Part shown: positions 25,506 to 36,157 of the stretch, piece by piece
Layout: each line of letters starts with the position of its first letter
Numbering within the stretch: the first letter of the stretch is position 1
NCBI GenBank assembly: GCA_041659065.1
Contig: JBAZYY010000001.1
Location: 163,124 to 227,123, forward strand
DNA: 64,000 bases
Direction of reading: 5' to 3'
DNA from: Parcubacteria group bacterium
GTDB lineage: Bacteria; Patescibacteriota; Minisyncoccia; Moranbacterales; UBA11712
The notes under the pieces: generated by a model
What the model was told of the DNA's origin: nothing
Database searches by the model: none
The model's input: only the letters and a program-made list of their open reading frames with translations
Translations under genes and position numbers: made by a program

Positions 25506-26018
25506 TTAATGAACTTCTTTTTCGAATAGAAAATAATCCTGATGGTGCCAGAAATTTTTTAGATTGGCGATTTTTTTATATTTTTCCGACTTAAGCAACT
25601 TGATTGACGCAAAATTATTCACTCGAGTATCGCACCAGATCTTATGTGCTCCTCTTTTTTTCGCCGAATCGTCAAGCGCTCTGATTAATAATCGCCCGAC
25701 GCCTTTTCCCCGGGCTAAGCCTGTCACGGCAAACCATTCCAGCCAAACGACCGTGCCTTCATCCTGATTTATGCAAAATCCCACAATCTCATTTCCTTCG
25801 CGAGCCACTAAAACCGAGAATTTATCTTCTTTTATTTTTCGCAAGAGAACTTTGGCTGAGTATTTATTTATTTCGCAACTTCTGGCCGCCGGCGTATAAA
25901 ATTCAAGAGCAGAGATGATTTCTCGCGCCAACCTGGAAACTTTAGCAGCCTCCAAAGCCCGCATCGGTCGGATAACAATGCTATTTTTAAGATTTTTATT
26001 TCGTTTTGCTTGAAACAT
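25506..26018 (-). CDS. GNAT family N-acetyltransferase
   Basis: VGFCINQDEG...RGKGVGRLLIRAL is the acetyl-CoA binding motif R-x-x-G-x-G. Confidence 0.7.
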   Translation of the reverse strand: MFQAKRNKNLKNSIVIRPMRALEAAKVSRLAREIISALEFYTPAARSCEINKYSAKVLLRKIKEDKFSVLVAREGNEIVGFCINQDEGTVVWLEWFAVTGLARGKGVGRLLIRALDDSAKKRGAHKIWCDTRVNNFASIKLLKSEKYKKIANLKNFWHHQDYFLFEKEVH

Positions 26019-26045
26019 ATTGACGCAACAAAGAGTGGTTATAAA

Positions 26046-26741
26046 TTATTTTTTTCTGCAAATTGAAATATAATCGCCATACTCTGATTTAAAAGTTGGC
26101 CAGGTTTTGAGGGTTTCGACGCTGCTAAAATATTTTTCATAGATGGGTAAGCGTTTTTTAAAAGAGGTTTTAAATTCATTCATCATTACATCGTTGTGGA
26201 GAATATCAACAGTTGCCAAAACAACATCTTCGGGAGCACCATTGCTTATAGTCGCACGCAAATATTCATACCCCAACTTCGCGGCTGCGATCTTTCTTTC
26301 TTTTTCGCTTGAATAATCATCAATATAACAGTCTGAGATTATGCAAAATCCGTCAGCCTTTACCATTGAAGCCATTCTTTCAACAGCCTTTTCTTGTTTT
26401 TCATAAGGTATATGGTGAACAGATCCTGTGCAAATAACTACGTCAAAAAGCCCTTTTGGTTCCCAGAAAAGAACATCGCCAACTTCAAAATTAATTCCCG
26501 GGTATTTTTCTTTTGCATAGTCTATGTATTTTTTATTCAAGTCTACTCCCAGAAGCGACAAGTCCTTTCTTTGTCCAGCTATCAGGCTTAATAAGTAACC
26601 GGTACCGCACATTAAATCCAATAAACTACCATTTACTGGGGATTGCGAAGTGATGGTCTCTAATACTTTCTTTAAAGATTCTTTGTAGGGCATATAAGCC
26701 ATCTCTCCTTCATATGTTTTTGATTCTGGCAGTTCCTTCAT
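26046..26741 (-). CDS. class I SAM-dependent methyltransferase
   Basis: LLDLMCGTGYL (motif I) and DVVICTGSVHH are Rossmann MTase signatures. Confidence 0.7.
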   Translation of the reverse strand: MKELPESKTYEGEMAYMPYKESLKKVLETITSQSPVNGSLLDLMCGTGYLLSLIAGQRKDLSLLGVDLNKKYIDYAKEKYPGINFEVGDVLFWEPKGLFDVVICTGSVHHIPYEKQEKAVERMASMVKADGFCIISDCYIDDYSSEKERKIAAAKLGYEYLRATISNGAPEDVVLATVDILHNDVMMNEFKTSFKKRLPIYEKYFSSVETLKTWPTFKSEYGDYISICRKK

Positions 26742-26883
26742 AATGGCCTTTTAAAAATTAAATTTTGCCCAACTCATATTTAGTTGAGCTAATAACTAGA
26801 TAAGCACTGAATGTTGTGTATTACCTAGATATATGCTACTTTTATTTGGAAATTGAGGTTAATTTGATGATACCGCAATATTT

Positions 26884-27945
26884 ATGAAAAGCCAAATTGA
26901 CGCGATAAAAAAGGAATATCTGGAACTTAAAACCGAGCTCGAAAAGCCCGATGTGGTTTCTGATAACCAAAAAATGAAAATTATGGGAAAAAGGATGGCG
27001 GAACTCGAACCGATCATGGTTAAAATATCCGAACTTGAAAAAATCAAAAAAGATATGGCCGGAAACGCTGAAATCATAAACAGCCAGCAAGATGAGGAGC
27101 TGGCCAGCCTGGCAATGGAAGAAAATATCAAACTCTCCAAAGAAAAGGAAATCTTGGAAAGCGAGCTGCAGACACTCCTGATACCGAAAGACCCGCATGA
27201 TACCAAGGATGTTATTGTTGAAATCCGGGCCGGAGCCGGAGGAGACGAATCTGCGCTTTTTGCGGCGGAGCTATTGCGGATGTATTTGCGCTATGCGGAA
27301 AAGAACGGCTGGCATGCTTCTCTTTTAAGTTCGAGTCCGAACGCTATCGGAGGATTCAAAGAAGTTATTGCAAGCATTGAAGGAAAGGATGTATTTGGAA
27401 AAATGAAATATGAATCAGGCGTGCACCGAGTGCAAAGAGTTCCCGAAACGGAAAAGATGGGGAGAATTCACACTTCAACGGCAACGGTCGCAGTTCTTCC
27501 TGAGGCGGAGGAAGTTGATGTTGAGATTAATCCCAAGGATTTGCGCATTGACACCTTTTGTTCTTCCGGACCCGGCGGACAGAGCGTGAATACAACCTAT
27601 AGCGCTGTCCGCATCACGCATATTCCAACCGGCACTATCGTATCTTGCCAGGATGAAAAATCTCAAATCAAAAACAAGGAAAAAGCCTTGAAGGTTTTGC
27701 GGTCGCGAATTTTAGCGACTCAGGAAGAAAAAAGGCTGAAGGAACTCGGCGCGGAAAGGAAAAGTCAAATTGGAACCGGGGATCGATCGGAAAAAATCCG
27801 GACTTACAACTTCCCGCAAGACCGCATCACTGACCATCGTATCAAAGAAAGCTGGAGTAATATTAGCGCGATACTCGACGGAGATTTAGGGAAGATTATT
27901 GATTCGCTGGAAGAAGAAGACTTTAAGAGAAAAATGACGAACTAA
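26884..27945 (+). CDS. prfA: peptide chain release factor 1
   Basis: The GGQ motif ([11 protein letters not shown]), RVPETE (RF1-type PxT position) and an AGAGGDE-type N-domain are all present. Confidence 0.85.
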   Translation: MKSQIDAIKKEYLELKTELEKPDVVSDNQKMKIMGKRMAELEPIMVKISELEKIKKDMAGNAEIINSQQDEELASLAMEENIKLSKEKEILESELQTLLIPKDPHDTKDVIVEIRAGAGGDESALFAAELLRMYLRYAEKNGWHASLLSSSPNAIGGFKEVIASIEGKDVFGKMKYESGVHRVQRVPETEKMGRIHTSTATVAVLPEAEEVDVEINPKDLRIDTFCSSGPGGQSVNTTYSAVRITHIPTGTIVSCQDEKSQIKNKEKALKVLRSRILATQEEKRLKELGAERKSQIGTGDRSEKIRTYNFPQDRITDHRIKESWSNISAILDGDLGKIIDSLEEEDFKRKMTN

Positions 27946-28041
27946 ATCCAAACTCTAGAATCCAAATGCCAAATCAAGTTCAAAGCTTAAAATATAAAAC
28001 TTTTTTAATTTAGATTTTAGAATTTATTTGAAATTTGAGCT

Positions 28042-28965
28042 TTGAAATTTGGATTTTATAAGTACGTGATTATTAAAAATAAATTATTGACCGTATCTGA
28101 AATTTTAAAAGTTACTCAAAAAGAATATAAACTATCTCCCTTCGATGCGGAGATTCTTTTATCTTACGCACTTGAAAAACCGCGCGAATATTTGTTCGCG
28201 CATCCGGAAAAAAAGCTGGCACAAAAACAAATCACTAGATTTAATAAATTAGCTAGGCGGAGAAGCAAAAATGAGCCCATTGCTTATATTCTCAAACAAA
28301 AGGAATTTTACGGCCTTGATTTTTTTGTTGACAAACAAGTTTTGGTCCCGCGTCCGGAAACGGAAATACTTGTCGAAGCTGCGCTTCGCCGAATTATGAA
28401 TTATGAATTAGGAATTAGGAATTTTATTGACTTGGGTACGGGCAGCGGGAATATAATTATTTCAGTTTTGAAAAATATGCCTGCTAACCTTAGAAGTAAA
28501 ATAAATTTTTATGCTTCGGATATTTCAGGGAAGGCTTTAAACGTCACGAAAAGAAATATAAAAAAATATAAAATGGAAAAAATAATAAATTTGAAAAAAT
28601 CGGATCTATTGGACTTTGTTTTGGAAAATAATTTATCTTTAGCGGGAAACACTATCATAACGGCCAATCTCCCCTATCTTGATGGCAAATGGAGAAATCT
28701 CCTTGAAAGCAGTGATAGCAAAGACCTTGAATCTGAGCCTAAAATCGCTCTAGAGGGCGGTTGTGACGGTCTGGCCGTGTATAGGGAGCTGGCCAAGCAA
28801 GTCAGGCGCTTAAGGGCGCAAAACACCGGCAGCCGAATGTCAATTTTGTGCGAAATAGGGCACTCACAAAAAAGCGGAATAAAAAGTATTTTTTCTTTTG
28901 TTGAAAAGATTAAATTTCATAAAGATCTTGCCGGAAGAAACAGAATAGCTGAGATTATCTTATAA
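28042..28965 (+). CDS. prmC: release factor glutamine N5-methyltransferase PrmC/HemK
   Basis: LVPRPETE, DLGTGSGNI and NLPY (an NPPY variant) are present. It lies directly downstream of prfA. Confidence 0.75.
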   Translation: MKFGFYKYVIIKNKLLTVSEILKVTQKEYKLSPFDAEILLSYALEKPREYLFAHPEKKLAQKQITRFNKLARRRSKNEPIAYILKQKEFYGLDFFVDKQVLVPRPETEILVEAALRRIMNYELGIRNFIDLGTGSGNIIISVLKNMPANLRSKINFYASDISGKALNVTKRNIKKYKMEKIINLKKSDLLDFVLENNLSLAGNTIITANLPYLDGKWRNLLESSDSKDLESEPKIALEGGCDGLAVYRELAKQVRRLRAQNTGSRMSILCEIGHSQKSGIKSIFSFVEKIKFHKDLAGRNRIAEIIL

Positions 28966-28966
28966 A

Positions 28967-28995
28967 CAAACCCGCCCAAGTTTTTGGTGGGCGGG
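28967..28995. terminator. bidirectional intrinsic terminator hairpin (aacccgccc-loop-gggcgggtt)
   Basis: A perfect GC stem sits between the convergent prmC (+) and Lys-rich peptide gene (-), flanked by T/A runs. Confidence 0.6.
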
Positions 28996-29025
28996 TTACA
29001 TTTCAAAAAGAAAACTTATTTCAAA

Positions 29026-29100
29026 CTATTTCTTCTTCTTTTTCTTTGCTACTTTTTTCTTAGCTGTTTTCTTTTTTGCTGCTTTCTTTTTCTTTGCCAT
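29026..29100 (-). CDS. 24-aa Lys/Ala-rich peptide MAKKKKAAKKKTAKKKVAKKKKK
   Basis: SD GGGAGGTG lies 8 nt upstream of the ATG, and the terminator above follows the stop. Composition resembles the L31 tail. Confidence 0.4.
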   Translation of the reverse strand: MAKKKKAAKKKTAKKKVAKKKKKK

Positions 29101-29253
29101 TTTTATTTTCACCTCCCTTCGTTATTAGTTTAATTTCTAAAAAATTTTTTGTTTTTTAGATTTGCTTTAATTATAAATAAATTATTTTGCAAATGCAATA
29201 CAAGAAAGTTATCCACAGGTCAAATTTTTCAAAAAATTAATTTATTTTCTACG

Positions 29254-30720
29254 CTAGCCTCCAAAAAATCCTGTCTTTTTTGGAAACTCGAAAAAATATA
29301 ATTTATTTTCTCCATTCATTTCATTCAGAAAATAAAATATTCCATTCCCTGCGTCATAACTTCCCAAAAAATTTTCCGGATTGCTTCCGATAAAGCTGGA
29401 TGACAGCCTCCTGTCTCTTCCGTCAAGCTCAATGATGTTCAGTTTACCCTGATTGCTGAAAAAAATATGCTCATAATCCTTGTACCAGGCTACGTTGTAG
29501 ACAGGAGAAGATAATCTCGCAATTTGCTGTATCTCGCCTTCTTCTCGTCTGGGCTGCACATCCCAGGCGCGGAGATACAGCACATTGATTTCATTCTTAT
29601 TCCAGAAAAGCATTTTTTTTCCATCATCTGAGAATTGGATGCCTTCGCAATCATCCATCAGGGATTTTATACTGTCTTCCTTTCCGTTATTTCGCAGATA
29701 CAGTTTTCCGTCAGTTGAAATTAAGGCAAGACGGTCATCATCATAGACAATCAATCTTGCGTCATCGCCTATCTCATTACTTGTAAAAGGAGACGGCAAT
29801 ATTTGCGATTCATTTTTTCCCAAAAGATCCGTCTTAAAAACAACATTATTGTTTTTAAGAATATAAACCGAACGCGACGAAAGGTCATAGGTATAAATAT
29901 CATCCGCAATTGTCAGCAACTCCCTGCTTCCGACATCAAGCTGGTTGAGATTTTTTTTATGCTCTCCATCCCTGAGAGTGATAAAATACAGCAGATTTTC
30001 ATTGCTCGGACTCCATCGTGCTTTAAGCGGGACTTCATCTTGGGGCAAAAAAGATGAAACAAATACCGGCTCAAAATCTTTGTTGTCAGTTGATAAGATG
30101 AGGTATTCTTTTTTTCCTCCCTTCAGAATCGGGCAAGCAACAAGGTCTTCTTTAAAATTCCATTCGATATTCTCCCTCGAATCGTCCGTAAAAGAAACAT
30201 CACGGCCCGAATACAGCATGGTATTTTGCGAATTTTTGAGGTCGTTAACCCAGAGCTGAAACTCGTCATCCTTGTTCACGACATAAGCTATCTTCTTTCC
30301 GAAGGGCGAAGGAAAATAGCGCATCGGATTAGACGCATTTATCTCTTTTATCTCCGGGTCATTTGGAATCAAAACCACATTCCAAAATTCCGTCGAAACG
30401 CCGCTGTGCACATCTATTGTCTTTGACCAATCCTTATAGCCCGCGAGGCTAACCCTAATTCTGTAGTTTCCAGGCCTAAGGCCGTTAATAGTCACCGAAT
30501 TATTGATAATATCCAAAGCTCCGGTTTGCTGCTGAACATCATCCAGAAAAATAGCTGCATTCGCTGGTGTAGCTTTTATGGTTATTGAGCCACTGTGAAT
30601 AAAAACCCCCTTCTTGTTATCAAACCTATAGCCCTGGGAATACAAAATTATGTAAGACGCCGTAACAAGAAAAAGGAGGGCAAAAATCCAAAATAATATT
30701 TTTCTTACAGATTTACTCAT
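29254..30720 (-). CDS. membrane-anchored PEGA domain plus TolB-like beta-propeller protein
   Basis: N-terminal TM helix. The PEGA-like segment is GLRPGNYRIRVSLAGYKDWSKTIDV. The long C-terminal region has a beta-propeller-like repeat character. Confidence 0.55.
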   Translation of the reverse strand: MSKSVRKILFWIFALLFLVTASYIILYSQGYRFDNKKGVFIHSGSITIKATPANAAIFLDDVQQQTGALDIINNSVTINGLRPGNYRIRVSLAGYKDWSKTIDVHSGVSTEFWNVVLIPNDPEIKEINASNPMRYFPSPFGKKIAYVVNKDDEFQLWVNDLKNSQNTMLYSGRDVSFTDDSRENIEWNFKEDLVACPILKGGKKEYLILSTDNKDFEPVFVSSFLPQDEVPLKARWSPSNENLLYFITLRDGEHKKNLNQLDVGSRELLTIADDIYTYDLSSRSVYILKNNNVVFKTDLLGKNESQILPSPFTSNEIGDDARLIVYDDDRLALISTDGKLYLRNNGKEDSIKSLMDDCEGIQFSDDGKKMLFWNKNEINVLYLRAWDVQPRREEGEIQQIARLSSPVYNVAWYKDYEHIFFSNQGKLNIIELDGRDRRLSSSFIGSNPENFLGSYDAGNGIFYFLNEMNGENKLYFFEFPKKTGFFGG

Positions 30721-30936
30721 TTGGGTAATAATTCAAATAAAGTTGCTATAAAGTAATATATGCTTTCTGGCAGACTTTGTGAAGTGCGCGTTAATTATTT
30801 GTTCATAAAAGGCTGGCAGCAAAATCATACTTTGCAAATTGCCAAAAAACCGGCTTTGCCGGCTTTCTGGTATATCTCTAAATATAAACTCTATAGAAAG
30901 GAACAATTTTCTTATTTGATTCCAAAAAAATTAATT

Positions 30937-31653
30937 TCAGCTCAATCCAGGAACTTTATCCGCGAATTTCTTGAGATTCTTCAATTGATTTTCATTCAAG
31001 ATCTTGGATTTCTGGATAGCGTTATTCACCATGTCCTTGCTAAATTCCCTAGTGTCTCCGATTTTTAGTCTTCCGTCCGGAACTTGCCTTCTGAGGTAGT
31101 CCTCAATGTATATCTTATGTTCCACAGTCAAAGACGCGTCCGGATTTTTCTCGAGATAATTCGCAAGGGCTCGTCTGGCGAGATTCGTCGAACCATCCCC
31201 TTTCACCGCAGTTTCAACAAATGAAGCCTCGGTTTCTTTGGATGTTTCAGCCGGAGTCTCGCTAACACTTGGAGTTTCTGCTTGAACTTGCTGATTCTCT
31301 GAAGGTGCAGGAGCAGCTGCATTTTCTTCACTGTTAGCTGCTTCGTTCTGTGAATCCCCGCCAATTACGCTGATTTTGCCTTCTCCCTCCTGGTTTTGGG
31401 CAACCTCTTGCTTTTCATTTACTGAGACGGGGTTCTGGGTTCGTTTGGAATAAGAGTAGATGCCACCAGCAATTATAACCACAATCAGAACGCTGATAAT
31501 CATCCTCAAATTCTCTTGAAGCCAAACTTTCATGTTTTCCCTCCCATTCTCTGAAGCCTCGTTCTTGTCTTCAGAGTCAACGGGATTTTTTTCCACTTTA
31601 ACACCTGCCTTTCTAGTTTGCCCGGTTAAACACCGATAAATCGGAATTCCCAT
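30937..31653 (-). CDS. hypothetical membrane-anchored protein (238 aa, acidic low-complexity linker)
   Basis: Long ORF with one predicted TM helix. No family recognised. Confidence 0.45.
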   Translation of the reverse strand: MGIPIYRCLTGQTRKAGVKVEKNPVDSEDKNEASENGRENMKVWLQENLRMIISVLIVVIIAGGIYSYSKRTQNPVSVNEKQEVAQNQEGEGKISVIGGDSQNEAANSEENAAAPAPSENQQVQAETPSVSETPAETSKETEASFVETAVKGDGSTNLARRALANYLEKNPDASLTVEHKIYIEDYLRRQVPDGRLKIGDTREFSKDMVNNAIQKSKILNENQLKNLKKFADKVPGLS

Positions 31654-31790
31654 GAAGTGGGAAATATTTAACGGGTGGAATTATTAATGATCTTAAACTG
31701 ATATTTCTCGTCGCAACAATGTCAGGATTTATTGAAATATATCAGATTTAATTTAATTTTGTCAAAATTAAGCGGCATACAGCCCAGAAG

Positions 31791-32285
31791 CTAACGCTTC
31801 TGCCATTGAGGGGCGCGGCGGGCTTTTTTGAGGCCTGGTTTTTTGCGCTCCACGATTCGCGCGTCCCGCGTCAGATATCCCTTATCCCTCAGGGGCTTTC
31901 TAAATTCTTCATTAAATTTTACCAATGCTCTGGCAATTCCTAATCTGCTCGCTTCAGCCTGGCCTCTGACTCCGCCCCCTCTAGTTCTTATGGAAACGGC
32001 GAAGTTTTCTTTGATACTTGCAACCTGGATTGGATCTACGACTATATTTCTTAACTCATCCGAAGGTAAATATTTTTTATAGTCAATGCCATTCATAACA
32101 ACCTCTCCGGTATTTTGGTCCGAGGCTGTTTTTTGCAAAAAGCTAAACCGTACTTCAGCGATAGATTCTTTTCTTCGTCCGATCCCTCTGAAGTATTTTT
32201 TACTCTTTGAAACTGCTTTGGCAGGCACTGGCTTTACGGCATCATCCTTCGCCTGACTTGCTTTTTTAGTGATTTTAACTGGCAT
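31791..32285 (-). CDS. rpsI: 30S ribosomal protein S9 (with N-terminal extension)
   Basis: GRRKESIAEVRF...IRTRGGGVRGQAEA..RLGIARAL...KKPGLKKARRAPQWQKR matches S9. Confidence 0.9.
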   Translation of the reverse strand: MPVKITKKASQAKDDAVKPVPAKAVSKSKKYFRGIGRRKESIAEVRFSFLQKTASDQNTGEVVMNGIDYKKYLPSDELRNIVVDPIQVASIKENFAVSIRTRGGGVRGQAEASRLGIARALVKFNEEFRKPLRDKGYLTRDARIVERKKPGLKKARRAPQWQKR

Positions 32286-32289
32286 AAAG

Positions 32290-32733
32290 TTACGGTTTTA
32301 TTTGCTTTAATTCCTGCTTAAATCCATGCTTTTCGTCCTTAAATATCAACAATCTCTTCATCCGCTCGCTCCTCAATTTATTTTTTGGAAGCATGCCGTA
32401 AACCGCCCAGGATATGACCTTCTCCGGATCTTTTTCGAGATATTCACCCAATTTTTTAGCTCTTATTCCTCCCGGATAACCCGAAAAAGAGTAATATACC
32501 TTGCTCAGCGTTTTATTTGCGGATGTCCTAAGGGCATTCGCGTTAATGATGACAGCAAAATCTCCCCCGTCAAAATTTGGCCTGAAATCCGCCTTGTGTT
32601 TGCCTTGCAGTATAAAGGAGGCTTTCGTGCCGATCCGCCCCAAATTAGCGTCTTTGCAGTCAAAAAGATAGTAATCTCTGGTTATTTTATTGTTCTTTGG
32701 AGTTTTTTCTGGCATTGCTGCTCTCTTAGTCAA
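32290..32733 (-). CDS. rplM: 50S ribosomal protein L13
   Basis: YYLFDCKDANLGRIGTKASFILQGKHKADF...GDFAVIINA...YGMLPKN matches L13. Confidence 0.88.
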   Translation of the reverse strand: MTKRAAMPEKTPKNNKITRDYYLFDCKDANLGRIGTKASFILQGKHKADFRPNFDGGDFAVIINANALRTSANKTLSKVYYSFSGYPGGIRAKKLGEYLEKDPEKVISWAVYGMLPKNKLRSERMKRLLIFKDEKHGFKQELKQIKP

Positions 32734-33097
32734 TAAATTCTAAAATTGCTTTTTCGGCCGAATCTGATTTCCTTCGACCCGACCTTACAAGCCGGGTAAA
32801 GCCGCTGTTTCTTTTCGCAAATCTTTGTGAAATTTTCTTTAAATCCGCAGGGGTAATATTTTTTGACAGCACAGTTTTCAAGATCCTTATCTTCGCGATA
32901 TCCATGCTTTCTTCCGATGCGTAAGCTTTTTTTATCTTCGATACTGTCGCTTCAGCTTCTTTTTTCAGCTCTTTGGCTTTTGCCAAGGTCGTATTTATTT
33001 TTCCTCTTTGAATAAGCTGAGACAGCAAGCCATTCATCAAAGCTTTTCTTTGTTTCGCTGTACGGCTAAATTTTCTTCCTACCTGTAAGTGCTTCAT
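32726..33097 (-). CDS. rplQ: 50S ribosomal protein L17
   Basis: MKHLQVGRKFSRTAKQRKALMNGLLSQLIQRGKINTTLAKAKELKKEAE matches the L17 N-terminus. Confidence 0.85.
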   Translation of the reverse strand: MKHLQVGRKFSRTAKQRKALMNGLLSQLIQRGKINTTLAKAKELKKEAEATVSKIKKAYASEESMDIAKIRILKTVLSKNITPADLKKISQRFAKRNSGFTRLVRSGRRKSDSAEKAILEFID

Positions 33098-33100
33098 TTG

Positions 33101-34102
33101 TTATTTTAGGGTAAGCCCGAAATTACCGACTGCTTTTTTGATTTCCTTGATTCCTTTCTCGCCCATGCCTTCCAGCCCATTTAGTTCTTCTTCCGTAAAC
33201 TTAATAAGATCTCCAATGGTTTTTATTTCATTCTTCTCGAGTACATTCATGGTTCTTGTCGAGAAAGACAACGTCTCCGTTCCGATACTCTTAGCATCCT
33301 GCTTGGGCTCAGCTTCATTCGCGCCAAGCATATTTTCATCTGGCTGAACTGCTACTTCCTTAGCGGCGGGTTCTTCCAGCTTCTCATCATTGAATTCCGC
33401 CAAGGCTTTGTACTGAGCTATAACAGTTCCCACGGCTTCCGTAAAAGCTTCTTGCGGAGACATGCTGCCATCTGTTTCCACTTCCAAGGTAATTTTATCG
33501 TAGTCGGTTCTTTTTCCAACTCTGGTATTTTCAATGGAATAATTTACTCTTTTGATTGGCGTGTATATAGCATCAATTGCTATCAGGCCAATTTCTTTTT
33601 TTTCCCTTAGCTGCTGCTCTACTGGAACATAACCCAATCCTTTTTGAATTTCGATTTCCATGTCCAACTCACCCTTTTTATCAGTAATCTTCGCAATGTG
33701 CGCGTCTTTATTTACCACTTCAACATCCGCCGGACATTGTATTTGAGCCGCGGTAATAGTTTTGACGCCGATTTCCTTAAGCGTCAGTCTTATCGGGCCG
33801 TCTTGATGCGATTTAAATCTGACTTTCTTCAGATTTAAAATTATTTGTATAACATCTTCAAGAACACCCGGAACGGTTGAAAATTCATGAGTGACTCCCT
33901 TGATTTTTATGGCAGTTACGGCTGATCCCTTCAAGGAAGAGAGCAAGACTCTCCTAAGGCTGTTAGCAAGAGTAGTGCCGTAGCCCGGATAGCAGCCATC
34001 TATTTCAATTTTCCCCGTATTGTCGTTTAGCGCGACATAGGTGGGATTTTTGGGTAAAGTTACCTCCAACATTTTTATTGATCGGGCTAAAGTGCTTCGC
34101 AA
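33101..34102 (-). CDS. rpoA: DNA-directed RNA polymerase alpha subunit
   Basis: GYGTTLANSLRRVLLSSLKGSAVTAIKIKGVTHEFSTVPGV matches the RpoA N-terminal domain. A C-terminal helix-hairpin-helix domain is also present. Confidence 0.88.
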   Translation of the reverse strand: MRSTLARSIKMLEVTLPKNPTYVALNDNTGKIEIDGCYPGYGTTLANSLRRVLLSSLKGSAVTAIKIKGVTHEFSTVPGVLEDVIQIILNLKKVRFKSHQDGPIRLTLKEIGVKTITAAQIQCPADVEVVNKDAHIAKITDKKGELDMEIEIQKGLGYVPVEQQLREKKEIGLIAIDAIYTPIKRVNYSIENTRVGKRTDYDKITLEVETDGSMSPQEAFTEAVGTVIAQYKALAEFNDEKLEEPAAKEVAVQPDENMLGANEAEPKQDAKSIGTETLSFSTRTMNVLEKNEIKTIGDLIKFTEEELNGLEGMGEKGIKEIKKAVGNFGLTLK

Positions 34103-34139
34103 AATAGCCTGAATTATATTAATAAATTAAATGCAAAAT

Positions 34140-34778
34140 TTACCTAGAGTAAAACTCGACAATCATTTGAGGATTTACGCTTAGGTTTAGAGAATCTTTG
34201 GTGGGCTTTGCTGTGACTTTTACCGAGAGTTTGTCAGCGTCCATCTGCAGCCAGCTTGGCAAAACTTGATCTTTTTTACTTCGAACCACCTCGGCAAGAT
34301 TCTTAAAAAATGTCTTTTTAAGCTTGCTGTCTTTGATTTCTATAACATCATCCTTTTTTACTATGTATGAAGGAAGATCGACTATTTTGCCATTCACCGT
34401 AAAGTGCGAGTGTTTCACTAATTGACGGGCCTGGCATCTGCTGGAAGCTATCTGGCACCGATAAATAACGTTGTCCAGCCGCATCTCAAGCCTCTGCATA
34501 AGAAGATCTCCCGTGACTCCGGATTTTCCTTTGACTTTTTGGAAATAAATCTTAAGCTGTTTTTCCATCACGCCGTAGATGCGCTTTACTTTTTGTTTGG
34601 TCGCTAATTGCTGGCCAAATTCGCTCAAACCCTTCCTGGAAATGCTTTTATGCACTCCCGGTGGATAAGGCCGTTTTACAATGGCGCATTTAGGCGTCGC
34701 GCAACGGTCACCTTTAAGGAAGAGCTTCTCTCCTGCTCTTCGACATCTCTTACATTTTGCCGTAAAATCTCTAGGCAT
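34140..34778 (-). CDS. rpsD: 30S ribosomal protein S4
   Basis: MPRDFTAKCKRCRRAGEKLFLKGDRC..PKC is the zinc-ribbon type S4 N-terminus, followed by an S4 RNA-binding domain. Confidence 0.88.
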   Translation of the reverse strand: MPRDFTAKCKRCRRAGEKLFLKGDRCATPKCAIVKRPYPPGVHKSISRKGLSEFGQQLATKQKVKRIYGVMEKQLKIYFQKVKGKSGVTGDLLMQRLEMRLDNVIYRCQIASSRCQARQLVKHSHFTVNGKIVDLPSYIVKKDDVIEIKDSKLKKTFFKNLAEVVRSKKDQVLPSWLQMDADKLSVKVTAKPTKDSLNLSVNPQMIVEFYSR

Positions 34779-34805
34779 CTGTCTTTATATCTTAATGCTC
34801 AATTA

Positions 34806-35324
34806 TTATACTCTTCGAGGCTTTTTCGGCCGACACCCATTGTGCGGAATCGGCGTAAGGTCCTTAATCATCACGATATCCAAATTGTTATTCGCGAGCG
34901 CCCTAACTGCTGCTTCACGTCCACTTCCAACTCCCTTCAGGTAAACTTCCACTTCCTGCATACCGAATTTTTGAATTTTATCGATAACGCTTTTTACGAT
35001 TTGAGTGGCCGCGAACGGTGTGGCTTTTTTCGCTCCCTTGAAGCCCAGCGATCCCGCACTGGACCATGCTACGGTCCGACCCTGCGCGTCGCTGACGTTC
35101 ACTATAGTATTGTTGTAAGTGCATTGAATGTGAGCCTGCCCGCGAAGAATCTGGCGCCTAATCTTGCGTTTCTTTTTCTTCGCCGCTGCCTTTTCAGCTG
35201 CCAACTCTTTGCTATTATCTTCCGTATCTTTAACTTCTGGTTTTTTTTCCGCGCTTGCTACAGCTTCTGATTTACTATCAGGTTTTTGCGAATCTTCGTT
35301 ATTTTTTATGTCCTCGTTAGCCAT
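34806..35324 (-). CDS. rpsK: 30S ribosomal protein S11 (with Lys-rich N-terminal extension)
   Basis: AHIQCTYNNTIVNVSDAQGRTVAWSSAGSLGFKGAKKATPFAA...GVGSGREAAVRAL matches S11. Confidence 0.9.
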   Translation of the reverse strand: MANEDIKNNEDSQKPDSKSEAVASAEKKPEVKDTEDNSKELAAEKAAAKKKKRKIRRQILRGQAHIQCTYNNTIVNVSDAQGRTVAWSSAGSLGFKGAKKATPFAATQIVKSVIDKIQKFGMQEVEVYLKGVGSGREAAVRALANNNLDIVMIKDLTPIPHNGCRPKKPRRV

Positions 35325-35388
35325 TTTTACGAAAAATTATTTGAGATTAATAGTCCAAGTTAAATGCAGATTTAGCGCGCCCAGAACA

Positions 35389-35778
35389 TTATGTCTTTTC
35401 AGCAGATGTCTTTCTTCCGCTTCCGGCCGTTTTTCTGACATTTCCTCTTACAGTACGCGTATTCGTTTTCGTTCTCTGCCCGCGAACCGGCAAGCCTCGC
35501 ATATGCCTAATCCCCCTGTAGCATCCGATATCCTTCAATCTTTTGATATTCATCATTTTCTGATGCTTAAGCTCGCCCTCAATCGTAAAGTTCTTTTCAA
35601 TATATTCCTTCAATTTATTGACATCCGCCTCGCTCAATTCGCTGGTCCTCATATCCGGATTGAAACTCAAAGCCGAAAGTATTTGAGCACTCCTGGCGTT
35701 TCCTATTCCATACAGATAGGTTAACGCTATTATTATTCTTTTGTCGTTTGGAATTGTGATTCCTGCGATACGTGCCAT
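35389..35778 (-). CDS. rpsM: 30S ribosomal protein S13
   Basis: MARIAGITIPNDKRIIIALTYLYGIGNARS matches the S13 N-terminus. Confidence 0.9.
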   Translation of the reverse strand: MARIAGITIPNDKRIIIALTYLYGIGNARSAQILSALSFNPDMRTSELSEADVNKLKEYIEKNFTIEGELKHQKMMNIKRLKDIGCYRGIRHMRGLPVRGQRTKTNTRTVRGNVRKTAGSGRKTSAEKT

Positions 35779-35920
35779 GCTCGTTTCACTCGAGTTAAAA
35801 AGTTAAAAGATGTCATGCCATAGGCAGATCAGCCTTCGGCTGAAAAAGTTTAAAATTAAACTGAAGGGTTGAATTAAATATCAAAACTGTTAATTTTGAA
35901 CTTTTAACTTTAAACTATCT

Positions 35921-36034
35921 TATCCTTGCCTTTGCTTATGTTTTGGGTTAGTGCAAATAACATAAATCTTTCCTTTCCTTCTGATAATTTTGCACTGAAT
36001 ACAAATCTTTTTTACTGATGCTCTTACTTTCATT
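35921..36034 (-). CDS. rpmJ: 50S ribosomal protein L36
   Basis: Minus-strand translation gives [37 protein letters not shown], a C4 zinc-ribbon L36. It is absent from the ORF track because it is under 60 aa. Confidence 0.85.
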
Positions 36035-36157
36035 CTATTCTTATCTTAATATTCGCTTATCTAATTAATGAGCCGGCAGATCCAAAAATGCACCTCTAAT
36101 CCTGCCCACGAAAAATTGATAAAATCATTAGCGGGATAAATATTCCAGATTTTAGAT

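Noticed and set aside
26842-27206. Two overlapping minus-strand ORFs (118 and 115 aa)
   Set aside because: Antisense to prfA, whose GGQ and domain structure are unambiguous.
34608-35270. 220-aa plus-strand ORF
   Set aside because: Antisense to rpsD/rpsK, both strongly conserved ribosomal proteins.
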